The notes below the pieces were generated by a model. It was given only the letters and a program-made list of their open reading frames with translations, was not told the origin of the DNA and did not search any database. Both the position numbers and the translations under genes were made by a program. Shown here one piece after another: positions 1 to 11,544 of a DNA stretch of 64,000 nucleotides. The first letter of the stretch is position 1. The number at the start of each line of letters is the position of its first letter. The stretch is from an uncultured Acidobacteriota bacterium (GTDB lineage: Bacteria > Acidobacteriota > UBA6911). Where the stretch lies: the NCBI GenBank assembly GCA_963843575.1, contig CAWJKZ010000019.1, positions 224,001 to 288,000 of the forward strand, written 5' to 3'.

Positions 1-756
1 AGCTCCCCCGAGCCCGCCGCTGGCGCTGTGCTCCTCGAGGATGACCAGGGCCCCGGTTTCGTTCGCGGCGGCGAAGACGCAGTCCGTGTCCAGCGGTTTC
101 ACCGTGTGCATACTGACCAGTCGACAGTGAATCCCGTCTTTCTCCAATGCATCCGCCGCCAGCAGCGCCTGGTTGCCGATTGTTCCCGTGAATAATATTG
201 CGGCGTCTGTGCCTTCCCGCACCTGGATGGCCCGCCCGAGCTTGAACTCGATCGGACCCAGGTGGATGGGCGGCTCTTTCTTGTAGCCGCACCGGTAATA
301 CACCGGACCGTTATGATCGATCATGGCGCGCGTCGCCGCGATCGCTTCGGCAAAGTCACAGGGCGCGACAACCGCCATGTTCGGGAGGCTGCGCATGATC
401 GCGATGTCTTCGGTGGCCTGGTGCGACATGCCGAGCGCGCCGTACGCAAGCCCTCCGCCGATGATCACGATTTTTACGTTGGCACTGTGGTAGCAGGCAT
501 CGTTGCGGATTTGCTCCAGGCAGCGCAGGGTAGGGAAGTTGGCAATGGAGTACGTGATGGCAATGTTTCCCTCCATGGCGATGCCGCAGGCGACTCCCGT
601 CATGTTCTGCTCGGCTACCCCGACGTTGAAGAAGCGATCGGGGAACGCCTCGGCAAACGGCTCGATTTCTCCGTAACCGATATCCGCCAGGACCATGAAG
701 ATGCGGTCGTCCTGCCTGGCGATGTCGACCAGGGCCTGATTGAAAATGCCTCTCAT
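1..756 (-). CDS. Transketolase C-terminal (pyrimidine-binding) subunit, 3' end runs off the window
   Basis: Read manually from ATG at 756: MRGIFNQALVDIARQDDRIFMVLADIGY...FNVGVAEQNM...GMSHQATEDIAIMRSLPNM. The ATG overlaps the stop codon of the upstream N-terminal subunit (ATGA). Confidence 0.9.
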   Translation of the reverse strand, partial: MRGIFNQALVDIARQDDRIFMVLADIGYGEIEPFAEAFPDRFFNVGVAEQNMTGVACGIAMEGNIAITYSIANFPTLRCLEQIRNDACYHSANVKIVIIGGGLAYGALGMSHQATEDIAIMRSLPNMAVVAPCDFAEAIAATRAMIDHNGPVYYRCGYKKEPPIHLGPIEFKLGRAIQVREGTDAAILFTGTIGNQALLAADALEKDGIHCRLVSMHTVKPLDTDCVFAAANETGALVILEEHSASGGLGGA

Positions 757-1583
757 CGGTCTGCTCCCAATTCATGCAGTGCACGTGCCAGCTGTTCGTC
801 GTTCACCGAGCCATAATGGCATGCAACCGTGTTTTCCAGAAAACTGACGCCTTTGCCTTTTACGGTGTGGGCGATAATCCAGGAAGGTTTCCCAGTCTCG
901 AAGGGGAGTTGAAAAAGGGTCTTTTCGAGTTGCGCAACATCGTGACCGTTGACCTCCCGGACAGACCAGTGGGAAAGGGCGAGCTTGTCCGCCAACGGCT
1001 CGAGGTTGAGCACGTCCTTGGTGAACCCGAGCGCCTGGATCTTGTTGTAGTCGAGGATGACGGTCAGGTTGTCGAGGTGGTGCTGGGCGGCAAAGAAGAT
1101 CGCTTCCCAGGTGGATCCCTCGTTGATGTCCCCGTCGCTCACGACGCAGAAGATCCGGTGCTTTTTCCCGCGATACCTGGCGGCAATGGCCATCCCCACG
1201 GCAACGGGCAGACCGTGCCCGAGCGAGCCGGTAGAAAACTCGACTCCGGGGACATGATGGCTGATGTGCCCCATCAGCTTTCCCTGGTCGCAGTAGTACG
1301 TCATGAGCCACTCTTTCGGGAAAAAACCCTTCTCCGCAAGCACGGCATACAAAGCCCCGCCACCATGCCCTTTGCTGAGGATCATGCGATCACGGTCCGG
1401 CCACTTGGGGTCGGCGGGGTTTACGTTGAGAATGCGCTCATACAGAACGACCACGATTTCGGTCATCGAGAGCATGCTCCCGACATGGCCGCTTTTCCCG
1501 TGATGGGTCATGCGCAGGCAATGGGCGCGTACGGTTGTCGCCATTTTGCAGCACTGTTCCTGCCACGTTTCGGTCGCTGGCAC
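753..1583 (-). CDS. Transketolase N-terminal (ThDP-binding) subunit
   Basis: Motifs SGHVG, DRMILSKGH, STGSLGHG, SDGD..EG..WEA, HTVKGKG. AGGAGG precedes the GTG start. Confidence 0.92.
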   Translation of the reverse strand: MPATETWQEQCCKMATTVRAHCLRMTHHGKSGHVGSMLSMTEIVVVLYERILNVNPADPKWPDRDRMILSKGHGGGALYAVLAEKGFFPKEWLMTYYCDQGKLMGHISHHVPGVEFSTGSLGHGLPVAVGMAIAARYRGKKHRIFCVVSDGDINEGSTWEAIFFAAQHHLDNLTVILDYNKIQALGFTKDVLNLEPLADKLALSHWSVREVNGHDVAQLEKTLFQLPFETGKPSWIIAHTVKGKGVSFLENTVACHYGSVNDEQLARALHELGADR

Positions 1584-1999
1584 AGTTCCTCCTGCTGTGA
1601 AGCCGCGGCTTGCGCCACTGCCGCCGGATACTGCCCCGGATCAAGGAGTGGAGCGCAAGAGTCATCTCCTCCGGGTGTCCGCGGTTCCGGAGGCCGTGAC
1701 TGACCGCATCCTAGTCGAATCCAAAACTCGGTGTCAAAGATATTTTGATAGACAATAAAATATGAAGATCAAGGAAGGGCTCCGCAGAAATGTGGAAATT
1801 CCACCTACGGAAGCCAACTGCCCTCATCAAATGCAGGTACGTCAGTCCTTTCGCAGTCAATGCCTGAAACCGCCGTCGTATGACGTCGCTGTCGGTCGCC
1901 CGAGAATGTACTATTTTAATTTGACAAATAAACAAACAATGTGTTAGCAGAGCATAACATCATTTTCACCCAACGCTTGCTGACCCTACGGAGGATCAT

Positions 2000-4486
2000 G
2001 TGAGAACACGTTTCACTGTCCTTGTTGCCGGCTTCATCCTGTTTGGCGTCGTCTGCAATCCCCTGTTCGCGCAGATTACCGGCGGCATGTTGAGCCCGGC
2101 CATTGATCCGCCGGGAGAGCCGTTCTCTTATTTCTGGCGTCCGAACGATGTCCTGGGCACGCTGTACGCTCCGGTCGCTACGGAGGTGACTCCGGAAGGT
2201 TATCTGTACACAGGGTTCGGGGAGCTGATGTTCTTTACGGGGAATCCGCCCGTTGCCGTCGACCAGCGCATCCGGACTCTGCGGAAGGGATACCTTCCCG
2301 TCGTGCAGTATGAAGTGCGGCGGGACGGCGTTCTCTACTCCTTCCAGATGTTCGCGGCCAATCTCGAGGGGGAGCGGCAGCAGTTGCCCGTGAACATGGT
2401 CATTGTCAGGCTTAGAAACGAAACCGCAGAACAGCGCGCGGCTTTCCTGAGCTCGGCCTGGCGATTCAGCGCCCCCGTGAACAAGATGGGCGGGCTCGCA
2501 GACTACCGGTTCAGGCAGCGACTTGACCTCATCCCCAAGGAACTGGTGGAGGGACAAGCTGCATTCAATCCCGCGTGGAAATATGCTTATGAGCAGGACG
2601 CCGTAGTGCGGGACGGCCGCGCCATATACTTCTATCCGACGGATCCCCAGCCTTTTCAGGCCTCGCTGGCTCTGGCCGATAGCGGCCTGCGCATGGTGCG
2701 CTACTTCACCGGCGAGGTCGGCGGGAATCCTGAGCCCAACTACACTCTCAACCCGCACACCCCGATGGGCTTGGTCTCCTACCGCGTCATATTAAAGCCG
2801 GGAGAGAGCAAAGACCTGCCCTTCAAGGTCCCGACTGTCCCTCTGCCCGTAAGTTCCCCGGAACGGCAGCGGATCAGCGAAACAGATGCGGGGCAGGCGC
2901 TGCAGGCCACGACCCAATTCTGGCAGGACCTTCTGGCAAATCCCCCGTTGCTCCTCCCCGAGCAGAAGGTCCAGGAGTATCTCCTCGCGAACACCGTGTA
3001 CGACCTGCTCGCCATCGACAAGGTGGGGGAAGATTATGTCCCGAACGTGAACAAGTTCCAGTACCACCGGTTTTACGGCGGCTCCGACACGGCCCACATG
3101 CTCATAGGATTGGATTACATGGGGCTGCCGGACATCGCCAGACGGGGCTTCTTGTACTCGCTGACAGCTCAGCGCGCAGATGGGGCCTTCATCATCCCGC
3201 ACGAAACTACGCGGTACAACTACTGGGAGACTTTTGGATTTGCTCTCTGGGGGTGGGGACGGCATTACCGGTTGACGAAGGACGAGGATTTCCTGCGCCA
3301 GGTTTACCCCGGCGTGCTGCGTGCCATGCAGTGGGAAAAGGAAGTGACCTCCAAAGATCCGCGGGGCCTGATGCCTCCATCGGAAATTCCGGATGACGCG
3401 TTCCTGAAGGATGCGCGTTCGACCGGGCAGCACGTGTGGATGCTGATCGGGCTCCGGAACGCCGTGCTGATTGCGGAGGCACTTGGCAAAAAAGAGGATA
3501 CCGAGAGTTTCTCGGCAGAATACAAACGCTTTCGCGAAGTGTTTGAGAAACAACTCGCCCTTCAAACGGCGAATACCCATGGGTATATCCCTCCCGCACT
3601 GGAAAGAACGGTGGAAGGGAACGACTGGGACAACCTGCTGACGTTGTATCCCGAGCCGCTGTTTGAGCCTTTTGATCCCAGGGTTACGGCGACCATAAGG
3701 AAATCCAGATCCGAGTACGTCGAGGGGATACTGGACTATATCGACCCGGACGCTATCGCCCAGGATAGCTGGCCGGCACGGCCGGAGGGGATCCGACAGG
3801 AGGGCTTTACCTTCAAGACGGCCAGGATGCTGCACTACTGGCATACGCCGGACAATGCCCAGAACGCCCTGGTGCGCGGTCGCGAGGAAGACCAGCTGCA
3901 CGCGGTCCAGGACCTGTATGCGCTTCTGTTGCACACCTCCTCGACGCACGCTCCGCAGGAGTATGGCGCCTATGCCTGGAGCACCCGCGACCATCACGGC
4001 AACAACCTGCTCCCGGACGGTCCCGCTTCGGGCAAGACGATCGAATTGATCCGCAATATGCTCGTGCGTGAGTACAAGACCGACCTGGTGCTGTTCTCCG
4101 CACTTTCTCCCGCCTGGATTATGCCGGGCAAAGCGATCGAAGTCGTGAAACAACCGACGGAATTTGGTCCGATAAGCGTAACTCTCCGGTCGAACGCTAC
4201 CGGGTTGGATGTAACCCTGTCCGGTCAGTTCTGGAAGGCGCCGGAGAGAATCATCCTGCGGCTCCCCTGGTTTTACCAGGTGGATCGGGTCGAAGTGGAC
4301 GGGAAAGCGGCACAGCCTTCGAGCGTGGGCCTGGTGCTGCGGCCCGGGGTCAAGAAAGTAAGTCTCACGGGCAGGATCAAGCCCGGAACCCCGTTGCTGA
4401 GCTACCAGCGGGCGGTGCAAAACTACAAGAGCGAATACAAGCGCCGGTACCAGGAATTCCTGCGAACCGGCATCACAAAACCGTAA
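2000..4486 (+). CDS. Exported six-hairpin (alpha/alpha)6 glycosidase-like protein, paralog 1
   Basis: Signal peptide and GGAGG RBS. Helical core with W/Y-rich motifs (FLRQVYP, WMLIGL) and a C-terminal PTEFG beta domain. Collinear with 17767..20241. Confidence 0.65.
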   Translation: MRTRFTVLVAGFILFGVVCNPLFAQITGGMLSPAIDPPGEPFSYFWRPNDVLGTLYAPVATEVTPEGYLYTGFGELMFFTGNPPVAVDQRIRTLRKGYLPVVQYEVRRDGVLYSFQMFAANLEGERQQLPVNMVIVRLRNETAEQRAAFLSSAWRFSAPVNKMGGLADYRFRQRLDLIPKELVEGQAAFNPAWKYAYEQDAVVRDGRAIYFYPTDPQPFQASLALADSGLRMVRYFTGEVGGNPEPNYTLNPHTPMGLVSYRVILKPGESKDLPFKVPTVPLPVSSPERQRISETDAGQALQATTQFWQDLLANPPLLLPEQKVQEYLLANTVYDLLAIDKVGEDYVPNVNKFQYHRFYGGSDTAHMLIGLDYMGLPDIARRGFLYSLTAQRADGAFIIPHETTRYNYWETFGFALWGWGRHYRLTKDEDFLRQVYPGVLRAMQWEKEVTSKDPRGLMPPSEIPDDAFLKDARSTGQHVWMLIGLRNAVLIAEALGKKEDTESFSAEYKRFREVFEKQLALQTANTHGYIPPALERTVEGNDWDNLLTLYPEPLFEPFDPRVTATIRKSRSEYVEGILDYIDPDAIAQDSWPARPEGIRQEGFTFKTARMLHYWHTPDNAQNALVRGREEDQLHAVQDLYALLLHTSSTHAPQEYGAYAWSTRDHHGNNLLPDGPASGKTIELIRNMLVREYKTDLVLFSALSPAWIMPGKAIEVVKQPTEFGPISVTLRSNATGLDVTLSGQFWKAPERIILRLPWFYQVDRVEVDGKAAQPSSVGLVLRPGVKKVSLTGRIKPGTPLLSYQRAVQNYKSEYKRRYQEFLRTGITKP

Positions 4487-4540
4487 TCAATCCGTGGCGG
4501 ACCTGCATCGGTCCGTTCACATGAAAGACAGGAGGTCAGG

Positions 4541-5452
4541 ATGATCAGCTCCAGAGCAGGCTCGCACCTTTCACGTCGCGCATTCATGACATCCACGGCG
4601 TTCGGCGCCTTGGCCTGCGGCATCAATCCAGCCGCCGCACAGGTCGGTGGGGGTACAGGTACCGTGAGAGACCGCCTCTGGCTGTTCACTGTCCCGGCAA
4701 ATACCGATTTCGGATCGGTACAACGCCGATCGTTGATGACCCCGGCGGAATCAGGCCTTTATTTCAACATCCCGAATCTCATCATTGTTCAGGCCAGTGC
4801 CGGGGAGTCCAAGTACGGCCGCTTCGAGCCTCCATTTGCCCAGTATGCTATTGCGCTGCGCCCGTTTAAGCGGATCGTGTGGTCGGTGACAGGGTCGGGC
4901 GGGTTCAATAGCGAAACAGAGACCCGCGAGGTGCTGGAACTCGCCCAACGGACTCCGAACTTCACAGGGATAATGTTGGACGATTTCTTTTCTGCCAAGA
5001 AGGAAGGCAAGAAGGCCGTATTCTCGGCGGAGGAGCTGGGCCGCATTCGGGACGAACTGAAGCGCGCAGGCCAGAAGCTCGATATTTTCGCGACGTACTA
5101 CACGCAGCTTCTTGATCTCGATCTCAGCGAGTATCTGAAGCACATTGACGTGCTCACGCTCTGGACCTGGCGCTCCGCGGAAATTCCCGACATCGAGAAA
5201 AACCTGGACAGGCTCAACAAGGTGGCTCCAAACGCGCGCAAGATGCTCGGATGCTACCTGTACGACTTCAGTCTCAAGCAGCCGGTGGCCGTTCCGGCCA
5301 TGCAGGAGCAATGCGAGACAGGGCTGCGTTTGATGAGGAAAAACCGGCTGGATGGAATCATATTTCTGTCCAATACCGTCGCCGATCTCGGATTTGAGTC
5401 CGTCGAGTGGACTCGCAACTGGATCCAGAAAGTCGGAGATACGAAGGTGTGA
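4541..5452 (+). CDS. Tat-exported ~300-aa protein of unknown function (putative TIM-barrel glycosidase), paralog 1
   Basis: SRRAFM twin-arginine leader and GIMLDDFF motif. Two paralogs lie in the window. Confidence 0.7.
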   Translation: MISSRAGSHLSRRAFMTSTAFGALACGINPAAAQVGGGTGTVRDRLWLFTVPANTDFGSVQRRSLMTPAESGLYFNIPNLIIVQASAGESKYGRFEPPFAQYAIALRPFKRIVWSVTGSGGFNSETETREVLELAQRTPNFTGIMLDDFFSAKKEGKKAVFSAEELGRIRDELKRAGQKLDIFATYYTQLLDLDLSEYLKHIDVLTLWTWRSAEIPDIEKNLDRLNKVAPNARKMLGCYLYDFSLKQPVAVPAMQEQCETGLRLMRKNRLDGIIFLSNTVADLGFESVEWTRNWIQKVGDTKV

Positions 5453-5780
5453 GTGTGTCCTCCTTAACGGCTGCCGCGGTCTTCGAGCGGGCGGGATCGA
5501 AGGAGTTGCTAAATTATTTGAGACATAAAAGAACGCTTAAGTGCCAGCGCCCGGACTCATGCGGCCCGTTGTCGAACAGTAGATATAAATATGATAGAAA
5601 CTCTGTAATTACAGTAGTTGCGTCAAGAACCTACGGATATCCAGCCAAGGCGAATGGAGCCGTTGTCACGATTCCTTTTAATTTGGTTGACAAAACAGCA
5701 CATGGGCCGGATGATCGGCGCTAAACCATCGATCCCCGCCGGGGATCATTTGGGTGACCGAGCTCAAAGAGGGTATTCCT

Positions 5781-7185
5781 ATGGCCGAAGAAACCTGGAC
5801 CGAGGAAGAGAAAGTGCAACTCAAACGAGATGCACTTCAGTACATCATCCCCCACTTTGCCAGCAATGCGTCCCTTGCCAAAGGGCCGAAGATCATTGCC
5901 CGGGGTGAGGGTTGCTATCTCTACGACATTGACGGAAACCGCTATCTCGACACATTTGCGTCGCTCCTGACGACCATCTGCGGGCATCACCGAGCCGAGG
6001 TGGCCAAGGCCATCCAGGAGCAGTTAGAGAAGCTGGAGTTTTTCCCCAACTACGAGGATGCCTTCACTATCCCGCTGGTGAAACTGGCGAAAAAACTGGC
6101 GGAGGTACTGCCAGGGGATCTGTCGGTGTCTTTCTTCGTCAACAGCGGTTCCGAGGCAAACGAGACGGCTCTAAAGATGGCGCGTCAGTATCATTGGGAG
6201 CGAGGCCAGCACCACAGGTACAAGGTGATCGCCCGCAGGCACTCGTACCACGCGACCACACTCGGCGGAATATCGGTGACAGGATTGTCGTGGTTTCGCG
6301 AATATTTCGAGCCGCTGATCCCGGGGTGCCTGTTCGCGCCGGCGGCGCGGTGCAATGCCTGCGACCTGAACCTGAAACCCGAGACCTGTGGATTGGCTTG
6401 CCTGAGCGAAATGGAGCGCCTGGTGCAGTTCGAAGGCCCGGAGTCGATTTCCGCGGTCATCATGGATCCGATTCCGGGCTCCAACACCGGGTACCCTCTG
6501 CCTCCTGACGGCTACCTTGAGGGTGTGCGCGCGCTTTGCGACCGGCACGGGATCGTGCTGATCTTCGACGAGGTGCAGACCGGATTCGGGAAGACAGGGA
6601 AGTGGTTTGCCTGCGAGCATTGGAATGTGGTCCCGGACATCATGACGCTGGGCAAGGGATTCACGGGCGGCTACATCCCTCTGGCAGCGGCAGTGACCAC
6701 TCCGAAAATTGCGGACGAGTTTCGCAAAGGCCCTGGCCATGAATTGCGCAGCTGGGAGCACATACGGCGGCCACACTGTGGCATGTGCGGCGACCCTGGC
6801 CAATATCAATGTGATTGAGCGCGACCGGCTTGTCGAGCAGGCGGCGGAGACCGGAGCCTACCTGAAAACCGAGCTCGACAAGCTCTACCGGTTTCCAATC
6901 GTTGGGGACGTGCGCGGCCTCGGCCTGCTCTGGGCAATTGAACTGATGGCCGACCCGGCCACGAAGCGGAAGCTCGATCCGAAGCTCGGGGTTGGAGCAT
7001 GGATACGGGACTGGTTTTTCGCTCACGGCGTCATTCTCCGGAACAACGGCGACATCCTGGTCCTGGCGCCGGCCCTCGTGATTTCGCGGGAGGACATCGA
7101 TCTGGTGGTGCGTCTGATTGGCGAAGCGATTGCCGCGGCTGTGAATCACTTCGGTTTAGCGGCCTTGGCTGCCAACCCAAGCTGA
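5781..7185 (+). CDS. Class III PLP aminotransferase, +1 frameshift near 6753
   Basis: [17 protein letters not shown] and LGKG (PLP Lys) in the first frame. It continues in the 6709..7185 frame ([15 protein letters not shown]). Confidence 0.88.
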
Positions 7186-7203
7186 GCAGAGGAGGGGGAC
7201 GCG

Positions 7204-8914
7204 ATGCCGAAGCGCATGAACCGTCGCGAAATGTGCCTGCGGCTGGCTGCCGGGGTGACAGCAGCCGGGGGATCCGGCTTCCGGACCGCGGGAGGCGACG
7301 ACATTCATTCCATGATCCGCTCTCTGTCCCTCGAGGACAAGATCGGCCAGCTGATCTGCGGGCGGATGAACCCCAAGGACGCGAAAGATGCCGAGGATCT
7401 GGCCGCGAGAGGCCGCGCAGGCTCGTTTATCGGGCTCCTTGCCGGCCTGGGCAGTGCAAAGGCTGCCGCAGAGTTTCTAAACCACCTGCAGTCCGTTGCC
7501 AGGTACCCCCTTCTCTTCGTCGGAGAACAGGAGCACGGCAGCCATCGAAATTTCGCCGGCGGCACCGAATTTCCCGCATATATGGCATTTGGCGCGGCCC
7601 GCTCCAGGGAACTGGCTTTCCTCTTCGGCAAGATCAACACGCTGGAAGGTCGTGCGGTCGGATACAACTGGATTTCGTGTCCTACCCTGGACGTGAACAT
7701 CGAGCCCGGCAATCCCATCATCAATACCCGGTCGTTGGGCGAACGCCCTGAGCTGGTTACGGAGCTGGGTCTCGAAAGTTGCCGGGGAATAGTCCAGAAC
7801 CGCGGTCTGACCTGCATTTGCCACTACCCCGGCCATGGTGCAACGTCGCGGGATTCTCATGTGGAACTTCCCGTCGTGAAACGCACGAGGGCCGAAATGG
7901 AGAGGGTCGAACTTGCTCCATATCGGGCCGGAATCCGGGCGGGTTTCATGAATTGCATCATGACTGCTCATAACGCCTATCCTGCACTCGAGCCGGAGCC
8001 CGGGCTTCCCGCAACCCTGTCGAGGAACATCATTACAGGAGTGCTGCGGGGGCAGCTGCATTACCGTGGACTTGTCGCCACCGACAGCCTCGGGATGAAG
8101 GCCGTGTCGGGGCGCTTCTCTCCCGGTGAGATGGCGGTCAGGGCTATTGCCGCGGGCTGCGACATTCTCCTTGCGCCGGATGTGGAGGCAACGATCGCGG
8201 CGCTCAAACAGGCGGTGGAGACCGGGAAACTGGCGGTGGCGCAGCTCGACGCCAGCGTCACCCGGATCATCGAAGCCAAGAAATGGCTTGGCCTGTTTCA
8301 GCGCTCGACGGTTGATGTCTCTGCGGTGGACGGTATCGTTGGGCGCCGGGAGCACAAAGCCGCTGCGCAGCGCGCAGCGCGCGCAGCGGTCACGGTGTTG
8401 AGGAACGACGGCTTGCCGCTGTCCGAAACAGCCAGCCTCCTGATCATTGCTGCTGCCGGTTCGGGGGACCTGGGGCCTCCGCATCCTGGGGTCAACGGAC
8501 TGTTCGTCAGCGAGGTGCGCAAAAGGCGGCCGGAAGCGAAAGGCGTCGTGGTCGAGGAGAAGGGACAATCCTGGGAGGCTGCCTGGTCGGCAGCTCGTTC
8601 CGCGGATGCCATTATCCTCGCGCTCTCTACCAGGATTCGAAACTACTCTGCGGAGAGTCTCCGAGCCAATCAGGAAATCCTTGAACAAGCTCAAAGGATC
8701 GCAGCGACTCGGGAAGCATGTAGCGCTTGTGGTTGCGGACAATCCTTACGTCGTCGGCTCGCTCCCCGAAACGCCGGTGTGTCTTTGCACCTACAGCAAC
8801 TGCCCCGATTCAATGACGGCGGCCGTCGAGGTGCTGTTCGGAGAAATCAAAGCAGCCGGGCGGCTGCCGGTCACCATTTCCGAGCGCTATAAATACGGAT
8901 ACGGCCTGAGGTAG
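7204..8914 (+). CDS. GH3 beta-N-acetylhexosaminidase (NagZ-like), Tat leader, +1 frameshift near 8707
   Basis: NRREM leader, PTLDVN..NPII..RS, HYPGHG....DSH, IMTAH and TDSLGM. The C-terminus (NPY...GRLPV) is in the 8447..8914 frame. Confidence 0.85.
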
Positions 8915-8970
8915 CGGACCCCTATTGCTGAGGCACGGGGCCGGGTCATGTTTTTCGCGAGAGGCGAATC

Positions 8971-10454
8971 ATGCTGAAGGATACGGAAATTGAGGTCTTG
9001 ACCGGCAAGGTGCTTGAACTGCTGGGGACCGAAGGAATGCGCTTCGAGAGCCCGGAGATGGTGGCCGCGCTGAAAGATAAGGGCTGTACGGCGTCACCGT
9101 CCGGGCGGATTCGAATACCCAGAGCTGTCATAAGTGAGCTTGCTGGCATACCAGAGGAAGACCCAGGAGCTGGACCGGGAGGACCAGGAGCTTCATCTTG
9201 AGTGCGGCATCGACTGGACCCATTCCATTATCTGGCACAACGCGCGCGACGAAATTCGCAGCAAGCTCAAATCGGGTTTGCTCATGTCGGCGTTTGACTG
9301 CGGTCCAACGACCTACTACGACTACCCCGGTCGAAAGATTGTGCCCGTCGACAACGGGGTTTTCACCGAGATGATGCGGTTTGCCCAGGCCACTCCGGAG
9401 ATCGGCTACACAAGCACCTGGTACCGGCAGGACGTCCCGCCCCAGATCGAGCGGATCGAGTCCCTGGCGATGGGGGCCCGGATAACGGACAAGCTCGACG
9501 GCATTGAGGCCATCTTCCCCGAGGTCGTCAAGTACCTGGCGGAAGCCAGCACGATTCTCACGGGCCGCGCCGGAGATTCCAGCTACCTTGCGGGATCGGA
9601 ATGCGTGACACCCCCCATGATCATGGAGAGCCGGCTCATGCGACGACATGCTCGAGCGACGCAGGTGCGGTGTGCACCGCTACCATATCGCCTCCATGCC
9701 CGCTCTCGGGATGAATACCCCTGTGTCGGTCGCAGGATCGATCGTGATGGGGGCTGCCGAGATCCTCGGCAGGCGAAGTGGCAGCGTGGTGTATTGATCC
9801 CGAGTCAGATATCAGCGGGCGAATGATCGCACTGGTCACCGACATGCGCAGTGCCACCCCGACCTGCACCGGACCGGAGGTGGCGATGGTCAACCTTGGT
9901 GTGCGCGAGCTGTTTGAGGCGAGTTTCGGCGGACACCTTTGGGTGGAGGTTTTTCTCAGCCCGGCCGCAAAACGACCCGGACTCCAGGCGGTGTTCGAAA
10001 ATTTCCTGGCGCTCTACAACTATTCGAAGTGGCTCGGAAGAACCGGCATCCCGTATCCCGGGATGGGTGCGCTGCACAACGGCGGCCTCGGCTCGCCTAC
10101 CCAGTTCATGCTCGACCTCGAGATTCGAAAGGCGCAGTGGCACGCGCGTCGCATTCGAAATCACCGACGAGACACTTGATTTCGAAGAGGTGCGCGACCG
10201 GACAGAGAACGCCGGGAATTTTCTGACCAGCGAGCACACCCTTCGTCATTGCCGCGAGCTGTGGAATTCGCGTCTTTTCCTGCCCGGGGAATCCGCGGCA
10301 TGGGACGGCAGCGAACGCTGCATACTGGATCGCTGCGACCAGTTGTGGCGTGCCAACCTCGAGAAATACGTTCCGCCGAGCTTGGCCTGAAGACAAGCTG
10401 GACGCGCTGGACAATCTTGTCAAGCGCGCAAGAAAGGAATTCGGGATTGACTGA
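8971..10454 (+). CDS. Trimethylamine methyltransferase (MttB) superfamily protein, about five +1 frameshifts
   Basis: Consecutive frames give LELLGTEGMRF, MPALGMNTPVSVAGSIVMGAAEILG, DMRS, GPE, SPTQFMLDLEI, GNFLTSEHTLRH and the end RKEFGID*. This matches the layout of the intact copy at 36890. Confidence 0.75.
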
Positions 10455-10602
10455 AAACCGGGCCGGATTGACAGGAGTGCCCGTGCGGGCGGCCGCTTTG
10501 AGGTTCCGGTTGCCTGTCTGCAAATCGAAAGGGGTAAGCCCGTGTCTCCAGAAGCCGCACCTGCATTAGTCGACAAGAGCCGGAAAAGAAACCAGGGCGA
10601 GG

Positions 10603-11538
10603 ATGCTCAAACGCATGGTCACGATCCGGCGCTTCGAAGAACGGGTGAAGCTGCTGTACCGTGCCAAGGAAATTACCGGCGCGATCCATCTGTACATCGG
10701 TGAAGAAGCGGTTGCGGTGGGGACGTGCGAGGCCTTGGCGCCCGGGGACTACGTGACCAGCACGCATCGCAGTCACGGCCACTGTATCGCCCGCGGGCTG
10801 GACCTGAATCGGATGATGGCGGAGATGATGGGACGCGAGACCGGAGTATCGCGCGGCAGGGGCGGATCGATGCACCAGTTCGACATCACCAGGGGATTCC
10901 TCGGAGGCAACGGCATCGTGGGCGGTGGCATAGCACTGGCGACCGGGGCGGCTTTTTCGTCCAAATACAGGAACACTGACAACGTCGCTGCCTGTTTTTT
11001 CAGCGAAGGAGGAGCCAACCAGGGTGTCCTTTTCGAATCTCTGAACATGGCGTCCCTCTGGAAACTGCCGGTGATTTTCGTGTGCGAGAACAATCGCTAC
11101 GCCGCAACGACTCCCGTGGAAAAGAGCGTCTGCAGCCCCGATATTGCGCCGCGGGCCGAACCATTCGGCGTGCCCTGGAGCATCGCGGATGGAAACGATG
11201 TGCTCGACGTGTGCCGTCATGTCAGCGAAGCCGTGAGCAGGGCGCGGCGCGGGGAAGGTGCGAGCTTTGTCGAATGCAAAACCTACCGGGTCGAGCCGCA
11301 CTGCGGAATTATCGCGGACGGCCGCGACAAGAGTGAAGTCTCGCTGTGGCAGAGTTCCGAGAAGGATCCGATCGCGAGGTTCGAAAGGCTCCTGCTGCAG
11401 GAGTCCACTCTGACCGAAACCGAGATCGCTGGCATCCGGCAGGAAGTCGAGCAGGATCTGGAGGAGGCCATTGCATTCGCCCGCCAGAGTCCGTTCCCGG
11501 CGCTGGGAACCGTCGGCGACGCCCTGTGGGCGGATTGA
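10603..11538 (+). CDS. 2-oxoacid/acetoin dehydrogenase E1 alpha-like subunit (true start probably GTG 10542, before a +1 frameshift)
   Basis: IRRFEE, HLYIGEEA, STHRSHGH, GRGGSMH, ENNRYA. Confidence 0.9.
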   Translation: MLKRMVTIRRFEERVKLLYRAKEITGAIHLYIGEEAVAVGTCEALAPGDYVTSTHRSHGHCIARGLDLNRMMAEMMGRETGVSRGRGGSMHQFDITRGFLGGNGIVGGGIALATGAAFSSKYRNTDNVAACFFSEGGANQGVLFESLNMASLWKLPVIFVCENNRYAATTPVEKSVCSPDIAPRAEPFGVPWSIADGNDVLDVCRHVSEAVSRARRGEGASFVECKTYRVEPHCGIIADGRDKSEVSLWQSSEKDPIARFERLLLQESTLTETEIAGIRQEVEQDLEEAIAFARQSPFPALGTVGDALWAD

Positions 11539-11544
11539 GTAGGG

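Noticed and set aside
8971-10454. Pyrrolysine readthrough or programmed frameshifting in the MttB-like gene
   Set aside because: The breaks are +1 shifts without a shared slippery site or in-frame TAG, and neighbouring genes show the same defect.
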